Shown here piece after piece: positions 11,226 through 23,900 of a stretch of 64,000 nt of DNA; position 1 is the stretch's first letter; every line of letters begins with the position of its first letter. The translations under genes were made by a program, and so were the position numbers. Under the pieces are notes generated by a model that saw only the letters and a list, made by a program, of their open reading frames with translations, made no database searches and was not told where the DNA came from. Source of the DNA: Glaucostegus cemiculus (Eukaryota); assembly GCA_976551045.1 (NCBI GenBank), contig CDPCPM010000049.1, forward strand, positions 1,798,001-1,862,000. The letters are read 5' to 3'.

Positions 11226-12499
11226 CCATATCCTTCACTCCTTCATTCGCCTTTCTTCCCAGACATGTACCAACTATCTTTTAAATACATTGACAGTTCA
11301 GTAGGGTAGAACTTATTGGCTATTAATAATCAGTACAATAGCACATGATTTATAAAGGAGTATGTTAAGTGGGAAGGATGACACTTTTAATTCTTAAACT
11401 GTTTACTAGCGAGAAGCTATAGGAATTCTTGATTGTATCAGGGTGAAATGTGTTTTTCTCCTCTTTCTTTTTAACCCACCAGATCCTCCATTTAGTGCCC
11501 TGGCTGAGGAACTTTTGGCATGTTATCAGTGCAATGTTTGGGCATTGAGGATGTGAAGTGAGGATCTTACTCCCTGATAAATAAAAGTAATGATTGCTTT
11601 GATATTTCAATCAGTAGGGAAATTGCAAGATGATGGGTGCCAAACAGGAAGATTGATAAAATTAAATCAACAATTGAGGGCTACTAGTTGTGCACTATTA
11701 ATCCACTGTTTATTTTTCCTGCCCATTAACATTCTGCTTCATGTTTTGAAATGGTCACTAAATAGTTATAGAGAGAAAGAAAAATAAATACAATCCTGCT
11801 CTTGTTATTCCGAAGTTTCTAAATGAATGTTTAGTTCTGCACTTTGACATGGCCACTGTCAATCATGGGACATTCTTAATTGCCATAGGGAAAGTTATAA
11901 ACTTTTTAAAATTCCAAGCCCGTTGTGTAATTGCAGTGTTGCACACCAGAACTGTGCAAAGCTAAGGAAGTTAACTGTGGGCTTTAAATAAAGCATAATG
12001 AGTGCTGAACAGTACTGTGAACTGTAACTGGAAAGTCCTCAAGGGATCTGGAGACGCCTGTGGTGAAAACAGCCACTTTTATTGGTAAAATTAAGATGTA
12101 GAATATGGACAATGAGGTCATTCTTATTTAATAGCTGCCAGTGACCTGCAGTTTCTTAATTCCGAGGGAATCCAAATGAACCCTTAAGAAGTTGGTGGCA
12201 AAAGTGTGTTTCCTTCTTAGTTATCTATAATGAGGGATTGCACTACTCAGAGAGAGGCTACAAGATTCTATCTTCAAAGTGGATGAGAGATAGAACATTA
12301 GAATCAATAAGCAGCATACCCTCACCTTTGGTAGTTGATGAGAGATTCGGAAGAGAAAATATATAGATATTGGAAGTCATATGAAGACAAAATGTATAAA
12401 TGTCTATTTGTTGAGGTTTAAAGACCAATGTTACCTTTATTATACCTGTTCTTCCAGTACATTAGCTGAAGCTCATTTCAAATAAATTTTGAATTTATT

Positions 12500-12715
12500 T
12501 GAGTGGCGGGAATGTGGAACGGGCTGCCATCTGATGTAGTAAATGTGGGCTCACTCTTAAGTTTTAAGAATAAATCGAATAGATACATGGATGGGCAAGG
12601 TCTGGAGGGTTATGGACTGCATGCAGGTCAATGGGACTAGCAGAATAAAGTTTTGGCACAGACTAGAAGGGCTGAGTGGTCTGTTTTCTGTGCTGTAGTG
12701 ATCTATGGTTCTAAA
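12500..12715 (+). mobile_element. CR1 extreme 3' fragment
   Basis: MWNGLPSDVVNVG…DRYMD, then GGGCTGAGTGGTCTG…TCTATGGTTCTA tail. Confidence 0.75.
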
Positions 12716-14156
12716 TAAAAGATAAATTTGCACCCCATCAGAAGTAGCCCCAGAAAGTAGCCAGAGCTTGCAATAATGAAGTAATTGTGTCAACATTATC
12801 CATCAGGTCTTTCCAGTTAATTGAGCAGGTGGAGGTCTGGTGATCAGCTGTGATGTCTGACTGTCAGTGTCCTTCACTACAGTACAGCACAAGAACAGGC
12901 CCTTCAGTCCATGATATCTGTGCTGAACCTTCTGCCGATCCAAACTAATCCCCTCTGCCTCCTGTTACCAACACAGAGAGAAACCACAGAGATGGAAGTT
13001 TTGCGCACTTGCTCAGTAGTCTGTAGTGAGCTTACAAAGGGCAGCAGGAACCTCTCACTACTTCCACATTAAATCAGCACTGTCGCACTTGGAGCCTCAT
13101 TCTCTTTTGCCAGTACCAGTCTCACCACTTTCTTTCCAGTGGGAAAATAATTTGTGGTTGACGGATCCCATTGTCCGCTCATCTCACTGCCAGGGGAAGT
13201 GGTGGAAGCAGATGCAACAGTAACATTTACGAGGCAGCTAGACAGTCACGTGAACAGGCAGGGAATGGATGTCTATTAAACTGCAGTCAAAGTGGTTTCT
13301 GTTTGAACTATAGATGTAACTGGGGTGGGAAATGGTTGCCTTTTTTGACCATTCCACAGTTGCATGCCAAGTCACATGCATGGTTTAAGTGCAGCTTTTG
13401 CTGTTTAACAGGGGTTAGATTATAAAATTAGGTACAGGCACAAGAATAGTTTTGCTTAAAATATGTTCTGACTGCGGTATCACCACAAAAAAGCAGCTTC
13501 AACTAAAGTTTCCGTATAACTCCAAAGACATCCTGACACTCCACCACACTCCCCACACCATTTTGGTCTATATAGTTTCTCTGCAATTAAGTTAACCAGT
13601 TGTAGGGTACACTCATCAAACGTTTCTCCTCCCACCCCGTTCTGTTGGATGCACAGCACCCAAAGTGCAAGGTTTCAGTCGAGGGCCAAGAACACTGGGA
13701 TTGCCTGTCCAAAGTCAATAACCTGCCTCAAGCACCCTGGTGCACTGACAAAACTGGGAGAAAACCAAAGCACGGACATAGGGCTCTTGTGAGTCATATC
13801 CTTGAGGTTAGAACCTTCTGGCTGCCGACAAGACCCCTTATTTTCATGACTCGTCAACAAGCTCACCTGCATGTCTTCAAACACTTTTGAAAACAGAAGC
13901 AGGGGTTGTGATGAGTGATTAACTCATACCCATTGGTTACAGTGCCGGCAGCACTCCAGCCTGTCTCCTGCTCTTAATATTGGCTCCAGAATCTAAGAAG
14001 GTCCAACCAAGCGGCTTATTGACTGGCTGCCTGTCATTCACTTCAAATACATACTCTACACAAATTAAAGCTCTTTTTTAAGTGGGAGGCAGATTATAGT
14101 GGAGCAGATTGTGGGTGTGGTGCAGAAAATGAATCTGACCTGGGAAACAGTAAAGA

Positions 14157-14366
14157 ATGGCACAGCAGGGGCCCTTGTTTCTGAGATTCTGCATTGGAAG
14201 CTTTGGTGGTGCAGTTGGAGCACGAGAGATGTCTGGTATTTACCTCGATCAGAAGGCCCTCCAGACATGGGAACAGACAGCCATAGAGTTCAACATTGGG
14301 AGCAAAGGCATGAGAATTTGAATGCATTGGCTCAAGAAATTTATTGACCTCACAAGGGCTGTCAAG
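14157..14366 (+). pseudogene. Decayed Myb/SANT-like DNA-binding exon of a PIF/Harbinger transposon
   Basis: Across frameshifts and stops: PCF*DSALEALVVQLE…RDVWY…RRPSRH…WEQTAIEFN…RI*MHWLKKFIDLTRAVK, followed by GTCAGT (donor-like). Matches the recalled pattern F-S-x-x-x-L-E-A-L-V…W…CRKKFNDL. Confidence 0.7.
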
Positions 14367-15828
14367 GTCAGTGAATGCCTCTTCAAGTGCCCTGTCCTAC
14401 CAACTGCATGATTGTCCTCAGGCACTGCTCAATGCACCACACCCCCACCAACAGTCTCTGTCAGTTACATCTCAAACCCCACTACCATTTGCTTCACACC
14501 ATTACTGCAAGCTTCACACCAGATTCTACCACTTCTACACACTGTCATATGATCCAGCGTGACAACCACATCAGCCGCACAGATTGCACGACTTCACCGT
14601 TGTACCTCCCTCTCTCTTGTTGAAGCCAGTCCTCGAGGAGCTACAGAGCAAGGCCACCATGCAAGTCAGCACTGCTGTCATCCTGGCTGAGGACTGCTGC
14701 ATGCAAAGGTGCTTGCAAGTTGTCACAGCAGCCCAGCAACCTGCCCTGCAGTGTTCCTTGGATTGCTGAGGCTCAGTCTCAGGTGAGGAGCATTGCTTTC
14801 CTCGAGGGCAAAATCTACTCAATGCACTTGCAGTTCACCATGACACAACATGGGAAGGCTGTATGGCGGGGTGGATGGGACAGAAGGAGATACACCTCCA
14901 CACCTTTAGCAGCTCATTAGTCAGAAAAGACTGAGGAATGAGGAGGAAGTGGGATGAGAGAAAAGGAATTAAGTGTGAGGGTACCACCATCCACAATCAA
15001 TCAGCTCTGCCATTGACCATGTTCTCAGTCAAGTCCCTTTCCAGCCACACAGTTAGCACATGCAACCACTCCTACTACACCAGCAGCGACATTTGCAGAC
15101 ATTGATACAACTAATCTATCAATAACTGAGGCTATAGCCATCAACCTGGAGACAGTAACAATGCCGTGCCATCCGCCATGTATGATCTAAAGCCAACTTC
15201 CACCACAGCAGCAACAAGGTACCCATGTTAATTTTTAAGCCTGCATCTTCTTCCTGAGGGGCATGGGGATTACCTTCTTCCAGACTGTGGTTCTAAGCTT
15301 GTCAGCCAGTGCTGAATAAAGCACAAATGCACAGATTTCCCCTTGCAAGTGAAATGGGCTATGACTTAGCTGCCCAATCTACTGGAGATACAGGTCAGTG
15401 TTGATGATGTGTAATTGGTTAGTCCCCTGCTCCTAACTTCCAGTCATACCTTCTCAGACATGCATCGTACACAATCCCGGTGCAGATGTGTTTCCATCGC
15501 TTGCAAACTGAGATGCAAAGATAAACCTTGTCTGTGTCAGTGATAGACCCACAATGATGCAAAAGGAATGTGCTGTAGAATGATAATGTCAGTGTTTTCT
15601 ACAAAAAAAATTATTAAATGTAAGTTAGCGCGTGGCATTCATGCAGTTGTCTAAGTTTGTCTCTGGTGAGGAGAACAGAACCGAACGACCGCAAAGTCTG
15701 GCCATATTCTGAAATGTCAGCCGTTGGATGTTCTTCCTGGAAGGTGGTAGAGTGTTTCTCCACCTTGTCTTGAAAAAGCCAGTGAGCTGAAGGGAGGCCC
15801 CTGGATTCACCAGTCTGGAAAACTCTTC

Positions 15829-15995
15829 GGATGCGATAGGGTCTATCAAGAAACTGTTAGGTACATGGATCTGAGTAAAATAGAGGGCTGTGGGTAAGCC
15901 TAATAACTTCTAGGGTAGGGACATGCTCGGCACAGTTTTGTGGGCCGAAGGGCCTGAATTGTGCTGTAGTTTTTCTATGTTTCTGTGTTTCTATA
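15829..15995 (+). mobile_element. CR1 3' tip, same subfamily as the 52.9 and 57.4 kb copies
   Basis: GGTACATGGATCTGAGTAAAATAGAGGGC…GGGCCGAAGGGCCTGAATTGTGCTGTAG…TTCTATG is nearly identical to 54300-54427 and 58630-58755. Confidence 0.9.
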
Positions 15996-17214
15996 CTCAT
16001 TCACACACAGCAGTTAATAATTAATTGATCCACAGGGTTGTGGTTTGGCCTCAGATACAACTGCATTATATGCCCTATTTTAGAGCTTCTTGCCATCTCT
16101 GTAAGCAAGCAATCTTTTAGCAGTGAGCTCCTTGTATAAAACAAATATATTTTAAAATATAGATAAGAAATAAATGGATGCATAAAATGGGTGACCCACA
16201 TTCATAATTCCATCATAATATTTAACTAAATTTTCTTTTGTAGAAGCATAATGTAAATACAAATTTTCTTTTCATGTATTTTAAACCAGTGTGAATTCTC
16301 CCATTGCCACAACTACTTCAGCTGAAAATTTCAAGCAGACTCTAAAGATTTGAATTGCTTCAAATCTACAAATGTCTTTTAAAGTGGTGAATGAAACTCA
16401 CTGTATTTTGAATAACTGTTAACCAATGTATACAAAAAAACCAGGCCATCAAAGTAACATAGTTTGGGAATCTTGATCTTTGCTTTTTTACAGAAATTAT
16501 TTGGGAGAAAATTATCTTCAAATGTGTGTTTTGAAATAAATTAAAGTCACATAGTATCTTTTTAGAAACTATTCCCAGACTTCAGGTATTGAAGATAGAC
16601 ATTAAATCCAGATGTGTTGCCTTATAGAATTTCAGCTTTCCTGTTTTCCTTATGTAAGAGCCATTTGACTCATCGCAGAAGCTAAGCTTGGAATATCCTC
16701 TTCATTTTGACACTGAAGGAAGGTCTTCCCTCAACATACAGTAAGGACAAGGTGACAGTGTGGAGAGGAGTAGCCAACTGGACTGACACACCTACTACTG
16801 TCACTGAATGGAGAACAAATCAGAGGGAAAACCACCTCAGTTCCTGAAAAATAGAAAGGGCGTGGGTCTGGGTCACTTCGCCAGGCAGCTGCTTCTGGGG
16901 AGGGAGTGTGGTTTAAAAAGGGAGAAAGATTCCTGGCCTGTCAGAAAGGGAAAGGCTGCCAGGAAACAAGCAAACCCATTTGGAGGGATAATGCAGGTTG
17001 CCTTGTACTTGATGAATGATCTGCAGGCAATTAGATCCAGGTGATTGTTGATAAGCTACTCCGCAGATTTATTTACTTTCTCCAAAGGAGCAGTGAACAA
17101 CTTTTTTGTGGGCAGGACCAGAGGGCTACTCACCAGAAGAAGTTGTACTTTAACCCTTTATAAATAGGTCCTGATATTTCAAACGATATTCAAAAAGTCT
17201 CACAGTGTTTGTTA

Positions 17215-17915
17215 CTCCATTACCATCTCCTCACTACCTCCCCTCTCTTCTTACTCCACTCCTCACTCTCCCATTCTCCCGTCCCTCTCCCCTCACTCCA
17301 CCACCTCAATCCTCACTCCACCTACTCTCCCCTCCTTCTCTCACTTCACCCCTCTCCAATCACTACTCATTCCCCCTTCACTTCCCTCACTGCCCTCACA
17401 CCACTGCACACACTGCCCCCTCCCCACTACACACACTGCCCCCTCACCACTGCACACACTGCCCTCATCACTGCGCACACTGCCCTCATCACTGCGCACA
17501 CTGCCCCCTCACCACTACACACACTGCCCCCTCACCACTGCACACACTGCCCTCATCACTGCGCACACTGCCCCCTCACCACTACACACACTGTCCCCCC
17601 ACCACTGCACACACTGCCCTCATCACTGCGCACACTGCCCTCATCACTGCACACACTGCCCCCTCACCACTGCACACACTGCCCTCATCACTGCACACAC
17701 TGTCCCCTCACCACTGCACACACTGTCCCCTCACCACTGCACACACTGCCCCCTCCCCACTGCACACACTGCCCCCTCACCACTGCACACACTGCCCTCA
17801 CTGCCCTCTCACTTCTGTACACACTGCCCTCTCACCTCTGTGCACACTGTCCTTTCACCACTGCGCACACTGCCCCCTCACCACTGCCACACTGCCCCCT
17901 CACCGCTGCACACAC
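17215..17915. repeat. CT-rich low-complexity tract followed by a 21/23-bp minisatellite
   Basis: About 20+ units of CACTGCACACACTGCCCCCTCAC / CACTGCGCACACTGCCCTCAT at about 17385-17915. This explains the His/Cys/Pro-rich ORFs. Confidence 0.95.
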
Positions 17916-17917
17916 CA

Positions 17918-18050
17918 CGCTCTCAGAACCTTGCCATCATGCAGACTCCTTTTTTGCCCCCAGCCTTGGATGATAAGGGGGAGGAGCAAAGGAGGCAGTG
18001 AGGACAGCAGGCGTGCTGTGATGGATTGACTCATCACCACAAGACTCCAG
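17918..18050 (+). pseudogene. Possible C-terminal remnant of a Harbinger (DDE_Tnp_4) transposase
   Basis: SQNLAIMQTP resembles LHNLAIMR, followed by an acidic stretch and …MD*LITTRLQ resembling the R-x-x-LI-x-x-RF end. Confidence 0.4.
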
Positions 18051-18269
18051 ACAAGAGGTGGGGCCAGCTCACCATACTCAGGTGCAGCAAGAACTAGGGA
18101 AGGAAGAGCAAAATCCCACTGATGCTGGACATAAAAGCAAAAAATGTTAGTAATGCACAAAAGGCCAGGACACCTACTTTGCTGAGTATTTCAAGCCATT
18201 TCCAGGACGTTGTGCAGGTTGGGCTGCCAGATGCCGTAGAAATTCAGGCAATGACATGCTCCAAGAGAA

Positions 18270-18800
18270 GGCTGAGAAATCTCTCACTGATGTTGAATTC
18301 TCCACCATAAGCATCCTGTGTGTTACAATTGATCATAAACTTAACTGGACCAGACATACAATTATTGTGGCTGCAAGATTCAGCATCCTGTGATGAATCA
18401 CCCAACTCCTGATCCCTCCAAAGCCTTCCCTCTATCAACATGTCAGGAGTGCGTTGGAATGTTCTCCACTTGCCTGAATGAGTGAAGCAGGACAAAGCAA
18501 CCTGCATGGTTGGGATTTCCCTTGACACCCTGAGAAACCCCTCCCACCAATGCAGCATGGCTGCACTCCTGTAACAGCACAAAATGCACAGGCACAATCT
18601 GCTGGAGTGTGTTGGACATATACACAGCCCATGATCAAGGGCAGGGCAGGGCAGCAACTGCATTGGAGTCACAGTGCAAGGAAGTATCATTAGTTGAAGA
18701 TAAAGACTCACCATGAACTTCTCAAGGGCAGTTAACGATGGGCAATCTATCTGTCCCTGGCAGTGACACCCACACCCCATTAGTGATTTAAAATAAATCG
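18270..18800 (+). mobile_element. Ancient CR1-clade LINE 3' part
   Basis: ISILCVTIDHKLNWTRH, VRSALECSPLA*MS, and a 3' end CTTCTCAAGGGCAGTT…GATGGGCAAT. Same family as 37900-38870. Confidence 0.7.
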
Positions 18801-18811
18801 CTGCTTGGAAT

Positions 18812-18920
18812 GAAAACATAAAATGCTGAAAACACTCAGCAGGTCAGGCAGCATGTGTGGAATGAGAAAACAGTTAACGTTCAGGTCTGAAACCCTTCAT
18901 CAGAACTGAGACAGAGAGGA
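18812..18920 (-). mobile_element. Penelope-type terminal repeat copy with hammerhead-like core
   Basis: Family signature ATGCTGCCTGACCTGCTGAGT on the minus strand, preceded by CAGTT-CTGATGA-AGGGTTTCAGACCT-GAA-CGTT-AACTG. Confidence 0.7.
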
Positions 18921-19418
18921 ATAAAATAGTCTTGGTAACGGAGTAGTTGGGGGGAGGTCATGGGATGGAACAAATCTGATAAGTTTGCCTTTGGGATACA
19001 TCCTGTTTTGACTTGGAAGCTGCTTTTGTGTTGCTGGATCAACACCTGCGTGTGATGGTGTTGAAGCTACCACTGTGTCTGTACCTTCATCACAAGGAAG
19101 CAGCTCCTCATTCCCTTCTCATGGCCAGTTCGGTACAACCATTAAATTGAAGCCTGATGAAGACTTCATTGGCCTTGTCCTCTGGTGTTAGGGCATCTCT
19201 CAGCATCCCCATGGGCCATTGTTCCTGAGTGTGACTCCTTCCGCTGTAGCTTGATGATTGACTTGGAGGGTTTCCCAGGCCCTTGAGAAAAGAGGATCCC
19301 TTTAAGAGGGACATATGCAGCTTCAGTTGGTACAAGTCAAAGCAATAAATGTAGCACTTGTGATCCTTGGATGCTGAGATCTTGACAACAATGTTCAAAT
19401 GGTACAGGCTAATTACAC

Positions 19419-19910
19419 ATTGGTATTGGTTTATTATTGTCACATGTACCTAGATACAGTGAAAAGCTTTTTGTTTTGTGTTCCATCCAAACAGATCATT
19501 CCATACATCAGTACATCAAGGTAGTAAAAAGAAAACAATGCAGAATATAGTATTGCAGTTACAGAGGAAGTGCAGTGCAGGTAGACAAATAAAGAGCAAG
19601 AGGCACGATGAGGTAGATTGGGAGATCAAGGGCTCGTTTCTTAGTGTACGAGGGATCTGTTTGAGAGTCCGATAATAATGGGGTAGAAGCTGTCCTTGAG
19701 TCTAGTGGTTCATGCTCTTAGGCTTTTGTATCTTCTGCTGATGGAAGGAAAGTGGCAGGGGGAAGACAGAATGACCAGGGTGGGAGTGGTCCTTGATTAC
19801 ATTAGCTATTTTCCCAAGGCAGCAGGAAGTGCAGACGGAGTCGGTTGTTTTGTGCGATGGACTGGGCTGTGTTCACAATTTCTTGCAGTCTTGGGCAGAG
19901 CAGTTGCCTC
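19419..19910 (-). mobile_element. Rex1/Babar LINE 3' fragment
   Basis: Tail ATTGGTATTGGTTTATTATTGTCAC on the plus strand. Minus strand encodes VIKDHSHPGHSV…PSSRRYKSLRA*TTRLKDSFYP. Confidence 0.8.
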
Positions 19911-20692
19911 TCTTTAAACAACTAATATGACATGGCACTTAACATTGAAGACATATCAAAATGTCATCCACAGGCGTAAATCAAACTGCATGAATGTGCT
20001 GAGTTTTCCCATGGTCCCTTTTTATTTTAATGATACTTAACTGAGGAGTTATCAGTGTAATTTTTGACCTATGCCAAGAGCCATTCAGATGTAACATATT
20101 GAAGTGCAATTAATCATGTATCTGTGCTGCCTTCCAATCAGCCTTTTTCATTACATATAGTAATACCAATACCTGTGTCCTTGTTATTGAGGAGAGCTGC
20201 ATATGTAATTGTTATATTCCATGCTCAAGTCTCTTCCCAAGTACAGACCCATTACTGTGTAGCTCAGCCTTGTAAGATTTGGACAATTTCCAGGATGAAA
20301 GGTAATGAAAACATTTCTAATCCAAATGTAAAAATGAGAGATGAATGTAGGACCTTAAAATAGAATGGGAATTGCTTCTCCATCCCTTGATTTCTGAAAA
20401 CAACTTCTATTAAGGTTGAGAGGTTGTTAGTTCAGCAGATGGTGCCATTGATGTTGAGACAAGGTATGGCTACCTTAACATCAGATGTACTTTAAATCCC
20501 ATCACCAGCACCCTCTAATGAGAAGGGAGCCAGGTTGCGCATCAACCTTGCTACCTTTAAACTAACACTGTTCTTTCCTATCTTGTTGAGGCCAGCCTGC
20601 ACGGACTCCACGAGCTTTGCCGGCTTTGACCACAGTTTGTTCGATAGTGTTACAATCCAAGCCCAATTTAAACTCGCAGTCATTTGAAAATC

Positions 20693-20915
20693 AAATGCAG
20701 ATGCTGAAGTTCTGAAATAACAATACTGGAAACATTTAGCAGGTCAGACAGCATCTGTTTAGAGAGAAACAAAGTTAATCTTTCAGGATGAAGATCCTTC
20801 ATCAGAAGCAGGAGAGAAAGCAAGTTACACTAATTTAACTTCAAACTAATTTGTTTTCTTTGTCCCACTTCTGACAAAGGATCTTCGATCTGAACTCTGT
20901 TTTCTTTCCACTGAT
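20693..20915. mobile_element. Penelope-type fold-back element, two inverted partial arms
   Basis: The left arm (minus) contains CTGATGA-AGGAT-CTTC-ATCCT-GAAA. The right arm at 20866-20912 is a decayed plus-strand copy. Confidence 0.65.
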
Positions 20916-23900
20916 GATGAGTCATTATAGAGTTGTACAGAACGGAAACGGAGTTGAAGTCACATGGTATGAGCACAGTGAAATATCTTGCCAGTACTGT
21001 GTCCATCCAATCTGCTACTGCAGCCAGTGCCTGGCATTCAGATGCAGCTCCAACTTGATGTGGGCCTGATGACATTTCATCAGATATCCCTGAATGTAAC
21101 ATTGCATCCCCTGGCAACACCCTGCCTCTTTGAGCAGGTTATCCAAGTTGCCATCTCAGAACCAGTGGAAAATTCCCTGCAGGCAAGTTACTGGTCATCC
21201 CCCTCAATGAACCGCAGCAGTGGTGTGAATTAATGGCCAGCTCCTCTTTGAGAACTGGAGCCCTGACACCAATTAGCCGTGGTTCATTTCTACCCAGTCG
21301 CATGTGTTGGTGAAGTGACAAGTGCGTAATGAACACTAATGGGGAAAATCAGAGTGCTGCAGGTTTTAAGCATATACCTGCACTTGCACAAAGAGCAATG
21401 AATAAAACCAGGCTGGAAACACCAGCACGGAGACCGAAGGCATGGATCTGCCTCTGCACTAACTCAGGATGTTTTTAAGAGTGAGAGACTTTCCAGCTCC
21501 AGCTCTTGTGCAGAAAAAATCTGTTGTTAGGGTAACTGGTGACCATTTTTGGTCAGTATTTAAGATTATAAATACTGAAGTAATCATTGTAAAAATTAGT
21601 AGTCAAATTTTTTATATAAACAAGACTATACCTCTAATGATAGGGACTGCATCGGTAGGTCGATTGTCTGCCTTTACTCTGACACACAGGAGATCTATGA
21701 TTGTACGTATAATTGCAATATTCCAAGTAACTCTGGGCATTCCATCTTCAAAGGACAAAACCACAGCAACAAGAGTTCAAAGATGGATGACAGAGATAAT
21801 TTTGATGTTCGCGATCCGAGATCAGAGGAGGAGGAATATGAACAAAGACTTTTCTCATCATGGAAACTAAAACTGAGAGGGAAAATGGTGGAGGTTTTTA
21901 AAATGATGAGCAGCATAAGGAGCACTAACAAAATGTAATGTGTAACTAAATTATCAGAAAACAGAAAAACATGAGCTTTGGCGTCAGTAATTACCATCGG
22001 CCGTTCAGAAATTAGAAAAGTTGTTTAACTTGATTGGTGGATAAATTGATGTGTTGAACAAATTCAGCAAAAGGAGTTGATGTTATGCTGCACAACAGCT
22101 ATATAAATCTCTGGTGGGTGTATGATTGATGTTGGTTCAATCAAGGATAGATTTCTGACAGTGTGTAACGCCTGCTCCTCTCCTGGAACTCTGAATACAA
22201 CTGGTCAGAGTTGAAGCTGGAGAAATAGTGGTGATAGTAAGGTTGGACTGATATCTTGGATTGGTTTGGACAGCTGCTTTCTTGAGCCAAAGAGAAATAT
22301 TCATTTGGTTCAAATGTCATGATTTAACCATCATGCAGGAATATTGTGAAGGACTGGATGATGATGACTTAGCCTATTTTTCCCCACACTTTGTTATAAC
22401 TTTAATATCCTGGTCAGTAATGACATTACAATCACTAAGCAAAAGACATCGGTTTGGCAAGGTCTCCCAAAGTTGAGACTTTCTGACATTTACTTTTCTT
22501 GACTACTTTCGTTGCTTCACTCACTGCTGTGTGTGCTGCAGTCTGGAAATGGGTTGGTTTCATTTGTTTTCGCACTGCATTAGCTGTGACTTTTGAAAGC
22601 TGCCCTGCATACCTTCTGTCAATCCCTTAAATGGGATGTGAAGAAAAGTAAGAACCCATTTATTTTGGCCATCCAATCAGTCACCTGGCGTGGCCATAGC
22701 AACCTCATTATTCACTATTTCACAACAACAAGGTACCTACTGGCATTTCACATCATCAATCATTATCAAGTCAAAATAAAGGGAAGATTGCATGGTCAAT
22801 ATCAGAGAAAGAGCCGTTCTTTAATGAAGACATTTCCCCTTGAGAAGCGAGCTGAGTTTAGAGGTATGTACTCTTTTAAGTTTAATGGAGATGCTTACGG
22901 TTTCCCTTAAATTATTTTCTGTGGGTGAGGCCACTAAAAAAAGAACATGGAACAAATTTCAGCAAATGTGTTGACAGCCTTTTGTGAATGTCTTTAGCTT
23001 GTGGCTAAACAACCAACCTACATTGTTTGCTCTCAGCTTGTCAAACACTCGTGTGTAGAGAAAAAGCTGTCTTATTGCACCAAATGGTTCTATCTACATG
23101 GAACTCTGCCAAGTCCATTGTCACTCAGGCTGAAAAGTTAATGTATCAGATTATAAGACTGTGGCATCTATGAAATTTATTGAGAGTCATTCCCCAAGTA
23201 CTTTTATTGTGTGAAGCTGCACACATCTTGTGCAATAAGTACAGCAGCAGTGGATTCTAATGGTCTGCTGAGGGATTCCAACTCTCGTATTAGGCATGTC
23301 ATAGTCTCTCCAATATGTTGTGATCGAATGCTTAAGCCATATCTCTATGATCCCTGATTGGATTGTCTGCACTGTATGATTATTTTCCTCTCATTTCAGT
23401 AAAACTCCATTGTGACCGCGAGAAAATGTATACTCTGACCAATCTCTCAGTGGACTTTTATCCACCAGGTCAAAGATTCCAAGTCTGCAGAAAATAGCAT
23501 TGTGGTTTAGTTTGAGGATCAACTTGGTGAACTTCACAGTTTAATAGCCACAGCCCATGAATGTTTTCACTGGTCCATCAGAACAGTTAAAATAAATTCC
23601 TTCTGTGAGGAACTGCAGTTTAATCTCTTTGTCTCAAGGCAACACTTGCATTGGCTAAGTTTTCATTGAAAGTCATCAGTTTCTTATTCTCCTGGTTCAA
23701 AGCATGTACCTCAAACAAAAACAGTGTAATAGATGTACAAAAAAACATGATTTTGTACCAGCGCAGAAATATTAAATAAACTTCAATGAAAGGTCAATAT
23801 GGAATGAAAGAGGGAATGATCTTGTATTTACCTTAAGCAGGCCATGACCCCAGGATGTCTGACAAGCTTCAGAACCCTTTCGAAACATTTGAAGTGTAAT

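Noticed and set aside
13060-13185. Possible Penelope RT/EN linker remnant (…PLSFQWENNLWLTDPIVRSS)
   Set aside because: Too short and degraded to call without a profile search.
17205-18029. 274-aa and 254-aa His/Cys/Pro-rich ORFs resembling a metal-binding protein
   Set aside because: Both overlapping frames stay open only because the minisatellite lacks stop codons. The starts are non-ATG and there is no domain signal.
23400-23500. Good acceptor (TTTTCCTCTCATTTCAG) followed by a short open frame
   Set aside because: The peptide is not recognisable and there is no convincing donor. The same applies to the candidates at 24330 and 30025-30131.
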